Source: Octopus sinensis | Taxonomy: Eukaryota | Assembly (NCBI RefSeq): GCF_006345805.1 | Contig: NC_042999.1 | Span: forward strand, 99,448,001-99,512,000 | Reading direction: 5' to 3' | DNA length: 64,000 bases | Shown: positions 43,240 through 55,345 of the stretch, piece by piece | How the letters are laid out: every line of letters starts with the position of its first letter | Numbering within the stretch: position 1 is the stretch's first letter | Notes under the pieces: generated by a model | Told to the model about the DNA's origin: nothing | The model's input: the letters and a program-made list of their open reading frames with translations, nothing else | Database searches by the model: none | Program-made: the position numbers and the translations under genes

Positions 43240-43854
43240 GTCTGACTCTCTCTTTCACTCACACATACAAAACAAACTTCACCGTTCTTTTTTAGAATAT
43301 GCAAGACCTATATTGGATATTGTAGATAAACAGTTTCTGAGGAGACGAGGTGGTCACGCCTCGAATACCTTCAATTATATGTATGTTGATCAGAGACTAA
43401 ACAACAGAACAATAGCAACATCAACAACAAGAAAACATGAGCATAATTATATAGCAAGATATTTTCTGTATACTACTTCTAGAATATATATATTTAAATA
43501 GTCTATTTGGAGACAATTGTTTCTAAGAAAGCAAAGCAAAATGAGTCAAAGAAGATGTCTCTACATGGCGCGAGAGATTGCTAGCAACCAAATCTACATC
43601 GAAGCATTCCTTAATAATCTTGAAACAAGGTTAAAGTATATTGGATAATGTAGTTGAAGTCTAATATGAGGTTAGACCACAACTGCAACTATAATTATTT
43701 ATATATATACATATAAATAACATGGATAGATAACACAGGACTTGAAATGAATGATTTATAGAGGAAGAGAATGTTGTTATTGATCAGCCATCAGAAAGAC
43801 GTATAATCGTGTTTTCTTTTCTTTTTTTTATCTATATTTGTCAAATATAAAAAA

Positions 43855-44108
43855 AAATGCAGCCTCCACTCGCAAGCGAATATAATCTGACAGCTTGTAC
43901 CCTACTTTGGGTAGTCATTTTAGGTGTCAGTGCAGTCGCAGTGCAGGCGTGGACACCTAGTTGCCATCCCAGAGACAGCAGCAAAGAGAGAAGGCTGTAC
44001 CAGCAGTCATCTGGTACTCATTTTCAACTGAGGGAACTGAAGCAACGTGAGAGGATGTCATGATCAATCGTGAGCTCAACACCTCACCAATACGCCACGC
44101 ACCTTCAC
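43855..44108 (-). mobile_element. Degraded SINE with a Nin-like segment
   Basis: CTGGTACTCATTTTCAACTGAGGGAACTGAAGCAACGTGA and a CAATACGCCACGCACCTTCAC end resemble the other SINEs in the window. Confidence 0.5.
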
Positions 44109-44654
44109 ATTGTCGATTATAGTGTTCTACATACCGTTTTATTTACAATGCTCTTTTATTTAAATGCGTTTCGTTGTGGTTTCAGAGAAAATTCTAACAG
44201 CTGTAGTGACCAATACCCGCGTAGGTGCTTTATCGGTGATGAAATGTGACAAATCTGCAACTAGTTTCAATTATTTGAACTCAGTAATTAGCCTTAATGT
44301 TCTAATACTGTTAGAAATGCCCTGAATATAATAATTATAAGCGTCTAAATTTTCCATGGTTACAAGAAGAAAACAAATAAAACAAATGAATGAGCTTGTA
44401 TTTAACCAAAAGAAGTCGGTGTATGAAGTAGAATGGAATATTATAATTGCGTTAAGAAGATCTCTGTTATAATTAAATTCAAATGCTAAGGCATGAATGA
44501 CAACAACCTAAACAAAAATTCTTCCGAGAAGAGAAGAAAATCAAAGAGGACTTAGAAGCGGAATGGAATGAAAGTATTGGCGGATTGTAGGAAACATATG
44601 GTAGGAGGAGCAGAAGAAGGTAAAAAAAAATTATAAGGAATGAGAGGGAGTTGG

Positions 44655-44830
44655 GAATTAGAAGAAGAAGCAGAAGAAGAAGAAAAAGAAGAAGAAGAAG
44701 AAGAAGAAGAAGAAGAAGAAGAAGAGAAGGAGAAGAAGAGAAGAAGAAGAAGAAGAGGAAGAAGAAGAAGATGAAGAAGAAGAAGAAGAAAGAGACGGAG
44801 ACGAATAGGAAGAGGAGGAAAAAAGAAGAA
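44655..44830. repeat. (GAA)n-rich polypurine tract
   Basis: Direct reading. A polypyrimidine counterpart lies at ~43075-43255. Confidence 0.9.
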
Positions 44831-45734
44831 TGAAGAGAAATTGAAAATGAAGGTGAATATGAAGGAGAGAAAAACGATGAAAAGGCGGTGGGTGGTGATG
44901 GCGATCGTTGTTGTGGCAGTGGAGGCGGTGGCTTATGTGAGAACGGGGAGTGAATATAATATAGAGTGAAACGAAATATTAAAGAACATAAACAAAAACA
45001 GAAAGGGGGAGATGATCAGTGATAGAAGAGATGAGGAAAATTTTTTTTAATTGCAGCTGTCACATGGTTAAACAAAACAACTAATGATTTCTGTTATCAT
45101 TGATCAGTGATCGAATTTTGTATATACAGTGCAGGTACTCGCACAAACACACACACACACACACTTAGACTCACGAACATTGACACGTATGTACACATAC
45201 AAATATAGACAAAACACACACACACACACACACGCGCGCGCGCATACAAATACGTAGGCTTGCATATCTGCACACATTGCAATACAATGATATTCTATTT
45301 CGTAGCCATTGTCAGTAACAGATTTTGTGCAATTACTAACAATAATATTTTTTTTGTCTTCTAGTTACTCAATATGACCGGTAAGTTTCTTTATAGAGTG
45401 GGATACGTTACGTGGCAACTGTCGCAGTCTCTCTCGTACATGGCCGTGAAAGCCGGATAGCAAACATCGAACGACAACCAGAGCTGTTACATGCTGATGT
45501 ATTTTACTCTGCTCTCCTGTCACTTACCTGCTCTCGTGTCACAGCCAAGAGCTTAATGTTATTTCTACGTCTTTATCTGCTAGATGTTACCCACACTCTA
45601 GAGCTGTGGTTCTGAACCAATGTTTTTGCCTATGAACCCTATTGATTTCTATTTTAGTCTAATGCACCTACATAGCCATTCGGTGTGTATTAAAAACCTC
45701 CTACTGTATTTTTTAAATACTTTTCTACTCTCGG

Positions 45735-46097
45735 CATAAGGCCCGAAATTTTGGGGAAGAGGCCATTTGATTAGATCGACCCAAGTACGTAATTGGTACT
45801 TAATTTATCGACCCCCGAAAGGATGAAAGGTAAAGTCGGAATTTGAACTCAGAACGTAACGACAGACGAAACACCTATTTCTTTACTACCCACAAGGGGC
45901 TAAACACAGAGAGGACAAAAAAGGACAGACACACGGATTAAGTCGATTACATCGACCCCAGTGAGTAATTGGTACTTATTTAATCGACCCCGAAAGGATG
46001 AAAGGCAAAGGCGAGCTCGGCGGAATTTGAACGTCAGACGAAATACCGCTAAGCATTTCGCCCTGCGTGCTACCGTTTCTACCAGCTCGCCGCCTTA
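45735..46097 (-). mobile_element. MetaSINE-like SINE dimer
   Basis: One head (GGCGGCGAGCTGG.. at the right end) and two B-box/central-domain units. The left unit carries a different tail (..TTCCCCAAAATTTCGGGCCTTATG). Confidence 0.8.
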
Positions 46098-46544
46098 TAT
46101 TATTTAAATATGATTATGAATTGTATAAAAAAATGAAACTATTTTATGCTTTGCAGAAGTATAAGCAATTTACTGCACATAAATTTTACCAACCAAATCA
46201 TATATGGACCACGGTTAGAAAGACTGAAAAATACAACAAATTAAAATCTGCAGAATTTATAAAAAAAAACTTATCTTCTTAAATTAAACGATAACAGTCT
46301 TTAAAGTTCACTTCAAGATATTTGTACACACACACACTGGCGCGCGCGAGAACGTGCGTGCATACTTACGCAAGAATGTATGTATGCACGTAATTATTCA
46401 GTTTTATTTCAAGATTTCTTGCCAATAGAGAAAGAGCCGGTTTCTAACCTAGATCCAATGCTCCTTCATTGGAATTTCAACATCAACAGGGTATTTTGTA
46501 TGTATGTATGTATGTATGTATGTATGTATGTATGTATGTATGTA

Positions 46545-46972
46545 TACGTGCAGATATGTATGGTTTGTGTTATGCATGTATTTTTATGCAAATCGTTGCA
46601 TATCTAGGCATGCTCATATATACTTAAATGATAAACTTCTTTAAAGTTTTACAGATTTTTACTGTTCCAGTTGTAGCTTGAATCGGCAATCTACGAATCA
46701 GCTTTCTCCTTTCTGGTTTTGAGAAGCCTAATTTCTCAGATTGGTATTTACACTTTGTGTTACATATCCCAGTACCCCAATAATTACAGGAATAAACCCG
46801 AAGTTGTAATCTGGATAGAATCACTGTAGATTTCTCAATAGTTCAGTGCAGGTATTCTCTTTCTCACTGATCTCCAGCTTTATGTTAACATCCGCTGGGC
46901 AGCTGATTTCCACAACTGTACACAGTTTCTTTTCTCTATCCCAAATCATTATATCAGGTCTATTGTGTTTAC
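46545..46972 (-). mobile_element. 3' fragment of an RLE-type (R4/Dong-like) non-LTR retrotransposon
   Basis: The minus strand reads CKHNRPDIMIWDREKKLCTVVEISCPADVNIK..IIG..GYV..LGFSKPERRKLIRRL..GTVKICKT, a PD-(D/E)xK restriction-like endonuclease tail, with a stop at 46624-46626. Confidence 0.8.
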
Positions 46973-47289
46973 ATTTTATGTATGTATGTATGTATGTATG
47001 TATGTATGTATGTATGTATGTATGTATGTATGTATGTATGTATGTATGATCATGTTGATTAGTCTCTCGTAGTACAAGAAAAACGATTCTATAATGTCTT
47101 GCTGAACAACTTACACTAATGATTTGTTTATAGTTGTGAAATGTTTGTGCTGTACGTTAACTCTTTCCCTTAATGTAATCGACGTTGCCTTCACTGGTGC
47201 ACAGTGTCGAAGTGATCGCATAGCAACGTCAGGTGAAGTCTTTCCTCGTAATGTTTTCTTAATGTTTTAATGCGTGTAGGTATATAGAC

Positions 47290-47448
47290 ACAGGCGTGGC
47301 TGTGAGGTATGAAGCTTGCTACGCAACCATATGGCTGTAGGTTCAGTCCCACTGCATGGCATCTTAGACAGGTGTCTTCTACTATAGCCTCATATAAACC
47401 AAAGCCCTGTGAGTGGATATGGTAGACGGAAACTGAAGGAAACCCGCC

Positions 47449-47499
<51 letters not shown>

Positions 47500-47719
47500 T
47501 AATCCAAACAAGAAAACAAAAAGACAACAACGCGAGGATGTGGAACAATTAAAGTATTATTAGGCGCTTAGGAAAAACATAGGAAACATAGGAGAAAGAA
47601 GGATCCCGAGGTGGGAGGACAGAGGGGGAAAAATGCAAGTGGTCTTCACGAGGTCAACATACTGAAATATATATATATTTTTTCATAACGTTTTCAAATA
47701 GCCAGATAACCGAAGAGAT

Positions 47720-47766
<47 letters not shown>

Positions 47767-48437
47767 ATCATATGATATAAATATATGATATATACATACA
47801 TATGTATACAGGACATAGAAAACGTAGGCAAAATGAGAAACGAGAACATAAAAAACAAGCACATAGAAAACGAACATTTTTTCGAACAACGAAACAAACA
47901 AACAGAGAAACGAGACAGGCAATATAAAGGACATTCCCTTCATCAGTTGTTCCCTGTTTCTTTCGTTGTTCGAAAAAAATGTTCGTTTTCTATGAGTTTG
48001 TTTTTTATGTTCTCGTTTCTCACATTGTCTACAATTTTATTACCCTATATGCATGTATATATACATATATATGTAGGTGTGTACATATATGTATGTATAT
48101 ATGCATACATTTATATATTATCTATATTATTATATGATCGAACGCCACGCACCCATCTCCAAGTGAGTTTTATATGTACATACATACATACATACATACA
48201 CACATACGCGCGCACACATACACACACATATGTCTGTGTGCATGTGTGTGTCTTTGTGTTTCTGTTTGTCTTCCCGCACCATCGCTTGACGACCGATATT
48301 TGTGTGTTTACGTCCTCGTAACCTAGCGGTTCGACAACAGTGAACCAGGCTTACAAATAATAAGTCCTGGGGTGGATTTCTTCGATTAAAAGACCGTGCT
48401 CCAGCATGGCCGCAGTCAAATCATTGAAACAAGTAAA
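47290..48437 (+). mobile_element. SINE (same family as 27297) split by nested inserts in its central microsatellite
   Basis: Head and body at 47290-47450. Tail at 48245-48437 ending GTGCTCCAGCATGGCCGCAGTCAAATCATTGAAACAAGTAAA. Confidence 0.7.
47824..48032. repeat. Inverted repeat, ~77-bp arms with a ~55-bp spacer
   Basis: 47824-47900 (GAGAAACGAGAACATAAAAAACAA..TTCGAACAACGAAA) pairs with 47955-48032. Confidence 0.85.
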
Positions 48438-48475
48438 TACACACACACACGCACACACATACATATACGCAGATT

Positions 48476-48541
<66 letters not shown>

Positions 48542-48761
48542 CATCAATATAATTGCTTAGGCATAGCGATACTTATAATCTGAGGTTAACACTCAGTACT
48601 GATATGCTTCAAAGAAAAAGTTTTACTCGAGTATAATGTATAAGAGATTATATACACTGCACAAGGGAACAAAAAATTATATAATGAACTTCGTGTACTT
48701 GCAACTCTTTCTGTTATGAGATGCAATACACTTATATCTAAGTCGGATCTTCAAAAATGAA

Positions 48762-48840
48762 TTCCCGACGAAGCCTATGAGATGATACACAACCATTCAA
48801 ATAGGTGTGCATTGCGTCTTATAGCAGAAACAGCTTTATA
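48762..48840 (+). ncRNA. Degenerate hammerhead-like motif with a long stem II
   Basis: CCGACGA (U4 changed to C), a CTATGAGATG/CGTCTTATAG 10-bp stem, then GAAAC-AGCT-TTA (stem III G lost). Confidence 0.5.
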
Positions 48841-48898
48841 TGTGTGTGTGCGTGTCTGTCGGTGTGTGTATCTGTGTGTATGTATGTATGTATGTATG

Positions 48899-48931
<33 letters not shown>

Positions 48932-48968
48932 TATATATAGACATATATATAAATATATATATATATAT

Positions 48969-49052
<84 letters not shown>

Positions 49053-51241
49053 CACACATGCGCGCGCACACATACACACTCACACTCACACACATACGTA
49101 CACGCGTGCAAGAAAACACACATGTGTAATTAACATTCAATAGGTCGGCTAATTTGTTTTCCATTATGTTCTTTATTCTTTATTTTCAAATCCTTTATAT
49201 TGTAAGTTATATGAACATGAAAACTTATTCTTTAGCAAAGATATGGGCTTTACGTATAGTAATAAATGTATAATTTTGTGTATTTTATTTGTATTTAATT
49301 AATACTCGACCGTTATAACTTATGGCATAATTTATGGTGCTTTTCACTTCCTCCTTTTAAAGTAAAGTATGTAATATATTGTACTAAAAAGTGTTTGCGA
49401 CGTTTAAATAATGAATGATTAGATAGTGTACCAAATTAAAATAACCAGATTTCAATGGCATTGAGAGTAGGTTGATCCAACGTAAATGATGTCCCTAAGT
49501 TAGAAGATACTAAAAAATTCATCAGCCTACAGATGCAAGGTTAGTGTCTACGTAGTATGAAATATTTATTGCTATGACACATCTACTTCAATTGGTATAG
49601 TTGATGCTATACATAGCTACATATATGTGTGTGTCTTTTGTGTTTATGTGTACACCCACACATTGTGTTCATGTGTACACACACGGACACACAGGGTGCA
49701 TCATTTCAGCACCCTGTTTTAAAAAAAGAACCTTACTAGCTCAGGTTGTTATCGAGTACAACACCTTTTTATTCATAAAGATTACGCAGATTTCTTTTAG
49801 ATGTTGGATTCGATACACTATACATCTGTTTTGTATAATAAAATATTATTTGACACGTTAATTCTATTGAACATATATCTGTTCAAATCATTTGAAGTAA
49901 GTGGGTCTCTTTTTATATTCTGTCGTTTCATCTATGTTTTTCTGTTTCTCATTTATTATTCCTTTTCTTTATCACTTTCTTTAAGTAACGCAATCAAGCC
50001 TGTATTGTCAGAATAAACAGGGATTTGATATATTTTATGATTTTATGATCAATTTAAGTGTTGGTTACCTTAAAAATACAGGGACAATGTTTCCCCTTTT
50101 TGATAGTTACGGCTGCGGATACATTTATATAAATGATAAAATATTGGGTGAGAACCCTACTACTTACATCTGAATATTTTTTTTCATTTAATAATTTTGT
50201 TCTGAACAAATCTCCAAAAGAAACCAGATTGACTTTATTATCACTGAAATCGATGTGCATATGATGACATTCTCCTGTACATGTCTCAACCTGGCTAGAA
50301 TAATCAATGTACATTTGAATTGAAGTATCAGAAGCATGTGTGCACTTGTGTTTAGCAGGATTGCTTTGTTTACAAATATGCACTTAAGATATTTGTACTA
50401 TTCACATAAATGCTTCAATAGACAAACGTTATTCTTCTTTTAAGTACAATAAGTAAAGCAGTAAACTCTGAAACAGAGATCGTAATAGTGGTCAAAAAGA
50501 GATGAATTTTATTCGATTGTCAGATGACTGTGTTGAAAATTTAACAAGAAGGGCTTCACAGCTTACTGGTTCGTTAATGTATAAGCTTTAGATGTCAGCA
50601 TGAAAGTTATATGGAATTAGGGGCTTTATAAGACAGGAACAAGCTACAGTATTTTTCTTAGGTGAGTAGGAGTAAAATTTGAGTTCTCTGAAAGATGTAT
50701 AACCAAAAGAACTTTTTTTTGCTTTTTGTTCTATGTGTATCTTCGAACATATTTACGACCAAGTGATATTGAAACGGCACTGAAGCATAAGAAAACTTAT
50801 CTAGTTATTCGTGTGGTTATATCAATAGAAGAATGTAAGGAGAAACAGGTAATAAACCGCTGTGTATTCCGATGACATCACTAGAATTTTCTAGCTATAG
50901 AGAAGAGTGATAATTAGAGAACATTATTACTACTGGAACGATGTACCCTTAAATTGTTCTTTGACCTGTGAGAAATTACTGCGGCCTTAAAAAAGAAAGA
51001 GACATGTGGGATAATGTAGTCCTTGATACTTTTAAAAAGGCGGGTAGGAGTCACAACGGGAAAATTTTTACCTTTAGCACACTGAAAGTGCATTGCCTCT
51101 CGATAGATTTTTCTGCCCTCAAGCAACAGGGTCGTGACACGGGAAACAGTTCTAGAGAAAGTGCAGTGTGCTAAAGGTTAAATCATAGATTTGCTCAGTC
51201 AGTGATCATCTCAGGCTAAGCAAGAATATAAGCAACAATAT

Positions 51242-51291
<50 letters not shown>

Positions 51292-51738
51292 GCTACTGCT
51301 ACTGCTGCATGTAAAGTACCACTTGAATAGATAGTATATAATAGGTAAGAAAATAGCACGCGCCTGTTGATTTAGTTTATACCTATTTGTTGATAGACTA
51401 ACCACGTTTACATTCAATATAATTATATATTCCTCTAACAATTCAAGCTTAATAATAAATTAATATATTCAGACTAACTCCTTTGTTAGATAGAATACTA
51501 GCTGTTCATTAATAATCATGACTTTCAGATCTTTGTGAACATTTTTGTTTTACAGTGATATGATGACTGAATTAAGAGAAAGGGATTTGCAGAACAGAAC
51601 ATCTTTGTTTTCGGATATTGATACTCAACTGTAGTAATGACTTTTTTAAAAGACATTTCTGTCAATGATGTATGCATACAGAAATTGATTAATTGAACAG
51701 TTTTCCATGTCAGATGTAGCGGCTAGTCTTGCATGTGT

Positions 51739-51770
<32 letters not shown>

Positions 51771-51777
51771 ACGCAAG

Positions 51778-51808
<31 letters not shown>

Positions 51809-51813
51809 ACGCA

Positions 51814-51856
<43 letters not shown>

Positions 51857-51932
51857 CGTCAGTAAATCATAAATCCGAAAGAGAATCACATCATTTATAT
51901 ATAAGTTTCTCAACCTTCTAGGGATTAAAGTT

Positions 51933-52528
51933 AAATATTTCTTTAGTGCCCACATGGGGCTAAACATAGAGGGGACAAACAAGGTCAGACAAACGGATTA
52001 AGTCGATTACATCGACCCCAGTGCATAACTGGTACTTTATTTATTGACCCCGAAAGGATGAAAGGCAAAGTCGACCTCAGCGGAATTTGAACTCAGAACT
52101 TAACGACAGATGAAATACCTATTTATTTATTACCCACAAGGGGCTAAACATAGAGGGGACAAACAAGGACAGACATAGGTATTAAGTCGATTACATCGGC
52201 CCCAGTGCATAACTGGTACTTAATTTATCGACCCCGAAAGGATGAAGCGCAAAGTCGACCTCGGCGGAATTTGAACTCATAACGTAACGACAGACGAAAT
52301 ACCTATTTCTTTATAACCCACAAGGGGATAAACATAGAGTGGACAAACAAGGAGAGACATAGGTATTAAGTCGATTTCATCGACCCCAGTGTGTAACTGG
52401 TACTTAATTTATCGACCCCGAAAGGATGAAAGACCTCGGCGGAATTTGAACTCACAGCGTAACGACAGACGAAATACCGCTAAGCATTTCGCCCGGCGCG
52501 CTAATGTCTCTGCCATCTCGCCGCCTTT
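51933..52528 (-). mobile_element. MetaSINE-like SINE trimer (184-bp period) inside one 14-bp TSD
   Basis: Units start at ~51938, 52122 and 52306, with a single head at 52470-52525. TSD TAGGGATTAAAGTT at 51919-51932 and 52529-52542. Confidence 0.9.
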
Positions 52529-52864
52529 TAGGGATTAAAGTTCATGATATAATAAGAAAATGCTGACTGAATCCTCAATTTTACCTCCCATGTAAAAATA
52601 CTCTGATCGAAATACTGTAAGGACGTAAAACATAACGAGACTGCAGTAAATAATTTATAGCGTAGATTTATTATTGTTGTTGGTGGTGGTGGTGGTAGGA
52701 ATAGCTATGGTAATAGAACTTTAAACCCCGAAATAAGATAATTTTTATTGGCTTTACTCTTGACTTATCTAGTATTTTGCTGCTATCATCATAATGAACA
52801 CCTTTAGCATTGTTGTTAGTGGTAATGGTAGTAGCAGTAGGAATAGTACCTATAAATATTAGTA

Positions 52865-53150
52865 TTATTGTTTATTTAGCTTGAGTTTGAATTTATTAAT
52901 AATGTCCTTTTCTCTGATTTTTCTTTTAATTTCGCTTGGACTGTGTGGTTTATAGAATGGAGATATAACAATTTTTCTACCGCATGTTGCTAGATGGTTA
53001 CTCAAAGGTATCTGGATATGTGGGTCTCTAATTTGCTGTCGGCGCACACATGAACGTTCTGGTAGTGCATTTCCAGGCTGACCTACATGTACTTCATCAC
53101 AATTTGGGCATTTGATGCAGTTAATTAAATATCGGCTTTTGCAGTTCATG
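52865..53150 (-). mobile_element. Neptune-type PLE GIY-YIG endonuclease fragment
   Basis: IMNCKSRYLINCIKCPNCDEVHVGQ..RQQIRDP..PLSNHLATC..ISPFYK..REKDIINKFKLKLN. The CxxC lies between the GIY- and YIG-like motifs. Confidence 0.8.
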
Positions 53151-53358
53151 ATGCGTGGGGTGCAGTTGAGCGAGTGACCAACAAAACAAAATTTCTTGTA
53201 GCACCAAAGATGAACTGAAGCATTCACCAACTTAACCAAGAGATTATCCATAAGAGCTGCAGGAGATTTGGTAAATTTGCTAAATATATCTGTTAAAATG
53301 AGATGTCAGTGTTATTTTCATTCTTGCGTAATTTAGACGACAGTTTATTAACCTTACC

Positions 53359-53363
<5 letters not shown>
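53148..53363 (+). mobile_element. maT/DD37D-like Tc1-mariner 3' fragment with a terminal inverted repeat
   Basis: AWGAVERVTNKT..TKDELK..FTNL..CRRF, then an end ..GACGACAGTTTATTAACCTTACCCTG-TA. Confidence 0.7.
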
Positions 53364-53445
<82 letters not shown>

Positions 53446-53552
53446 ATATATATATTTAGCCATATTGAAATGGCAAAAATACGTCACGATATATATATAT
53501 ATATATAAATGAAAGAATGGAGTCGAACGACGATTTAACAAAATTCCTTTAT

Positions 53553-53633
53553 TCTCGACATATGTTTCGAAGACCGCATATTCCTAATTCCGAAGGAATA
53601 AGGGGTGCATTATGCCGCCTTCTCATCAGGAAA
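53553..53633 (-). ncRNA. Intact-looking type I hammerhead ribozyme with an extended stem II
   Basis: Minus strand: TTTC-CTGATGA-GAAGGCGGCATA[30 nt]TATGCGGTCTTC-GAAAC-ATAT-GTC-GAGA. Stem II pairs 11 of 12. Palindromic ACATATGT in stem III. GUC cleavage site. Confidence 0.8.
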
Positions 53634-53808
53634 GACAAGGAACTTATGTCAGCATCATGACGAACCACAAAAAACACACAAATTTCCACACGAAAGCACG
53701 TGATCTCTGCCCTTGGCATGTAGCTTCAACCGTGTTTTCTGACGTGAATTTGCTACCCAGGTATCGGTTAACCGAATTATCCATACTAGGATAATTTATT
53801 CAACTACT

Positions 53809-53841
<33 letters not shown>

Positions 53842-55194
53842 TCATAAAAAAGAAGTTTGAAAACGCCACTATATAAGATAAATTGTAATTTTCTTACACA
53901 TTTTACATGTTTCGTTTCTTCTTGAAAAAACGAACTTTATCAAAAATATTTTAAAAAGTTAAGTGTAATAAAAAAGTTCATAATTGTTTCTTACTAGTCT
54001 CAATAGAGTCCACGTGGGTGTATTTTGTGGTGGGGAGCATAATGACTGTCTTGTGCGTTGACTAGATTCGTTGATATATACATATATATATACATACATA
54101 TCAAACTAGGGATTTGCGAAAAGACACTTGTCTAAGGTGCCACGCATGTGATCGTCTCGGGAGTTAAATGGTTACGAAGAGAACCACTTAACAAAGCAGT
54201 CATGCTTGTACCCATATAGAAGAAAAGAAGACAATATGCATCATTGAATGATAGGATGTGCGTAGGTTGTGAGTCGTGCCTGATAGCATTATAAGGTGTA
54301 ACAGATAGATAATATTGATATAACGGAATCATGTTCTAACGTGTGTATCGCTTATATATCGTTGAAAACTCAGAGGGGAAAGTATCTGCATAGTACATAT
54401 CTACTGTACTATGCAATTCATGTGTATGCTGATACAAACCAGAAGACGATTAAATCGACCCACCACTAATTGATGGGGGATTTATTTTATCGGCCCCAAA
54501 ATGATGAAAGAAAAGGAGAGATAAGCGGGAATTTGTTTCAAAACGTAAATATCAAGAATAAATACGAAAAAGCATTTTGGCCGATACCTACATCAATCTG
54601 CCTATCTAACACTCTACAACTCCCACAAACTTCTGGAACATTACATTTGCTCTAGGTTTGTAAATATAAGCATAAGGAATCGTCACCTTTCCCAGAGTTT
54701 TAACCAGAAATGAAGCATGAACACGGTTTCTCGACAGAAATACACGCCAAAATCTCTTAAATAGCATTTTACGTTTTAAAAGGAGAATCCTAATTATACA
54801 AAAGGGAGGGATGTTCGAAGCTGAAATCTTGTTGATCATTATCCATGGCTAATCAAGGGTCTAAACAACAATGTCATGTAATTTTTGATATGCTATGAAA
54901 CATAAAAATTGAACCTATAATAGATAATACAAAATACGAAAATCTTCTTCAACGCGCAAAGCAGTTTACACATATCATTCGAGTGTTTCAATCACGTTAC
55001 TAAGTCTTTATTGTACGAAGTTTCTACTTACAAGAATTAATTTTGTTTTAAGTTTACTGCTCACATCAAACTTAAGAAAGTTTATCATCTCTTCTTCAAG
55101 AGATACTACATCCAACTCGAAATATAACAGGCATTGCACTTGCGCTTGTATTTCATTCATTCACGTATAACTAACCTGTGATGTCTTACACAAA

Positions 55195-55345
55195 TGCAAG
55201 GCATAAATTTTGGGGAGAATGTACTTGATTATAACGGACAAAGTATTTGACTAGTCCTTCCTTATACCCCGGTACTTAACTGGTAATTTATCGACTTTGG
55301 AGGATGAAGGACAAAGTGAATTTGGTGGGATTTGAACGGAAAGAA
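55195..55345 (-). mobile_element. Old degraded MetaSINE-like copy (similar remnants at ~39810-39880 on +, ~54445-54600, ~56235-56340)
   Basis: Degenerate ..TTTATCGAC..GGATGAA..AAAGT..GGATTTGAAC pattern. Confidence 0.5.

Noticed and set aside
49691-49717. ACAGGGTGC/GCACCCTGT 9-bp inverted pair resembling collapsed maT termini
   Set aside because: Too short to distinguish from chance, and it lacks flanking TA duplication.
51933-52528. Regularly spaced repeats suggestive of a CRISPR array or tRNA gene cluster
   Set aside because: The units are SINE bodies with no unique spacers, and the heads are only tRNA-like with no full cloverleaf.
52865-53251. 128-aa ORF as a single gene
   Set aside because: It is chimeric. 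Its first ~34 codons are antisense maT sequence fused to a PLE GIY-YIG fragment.
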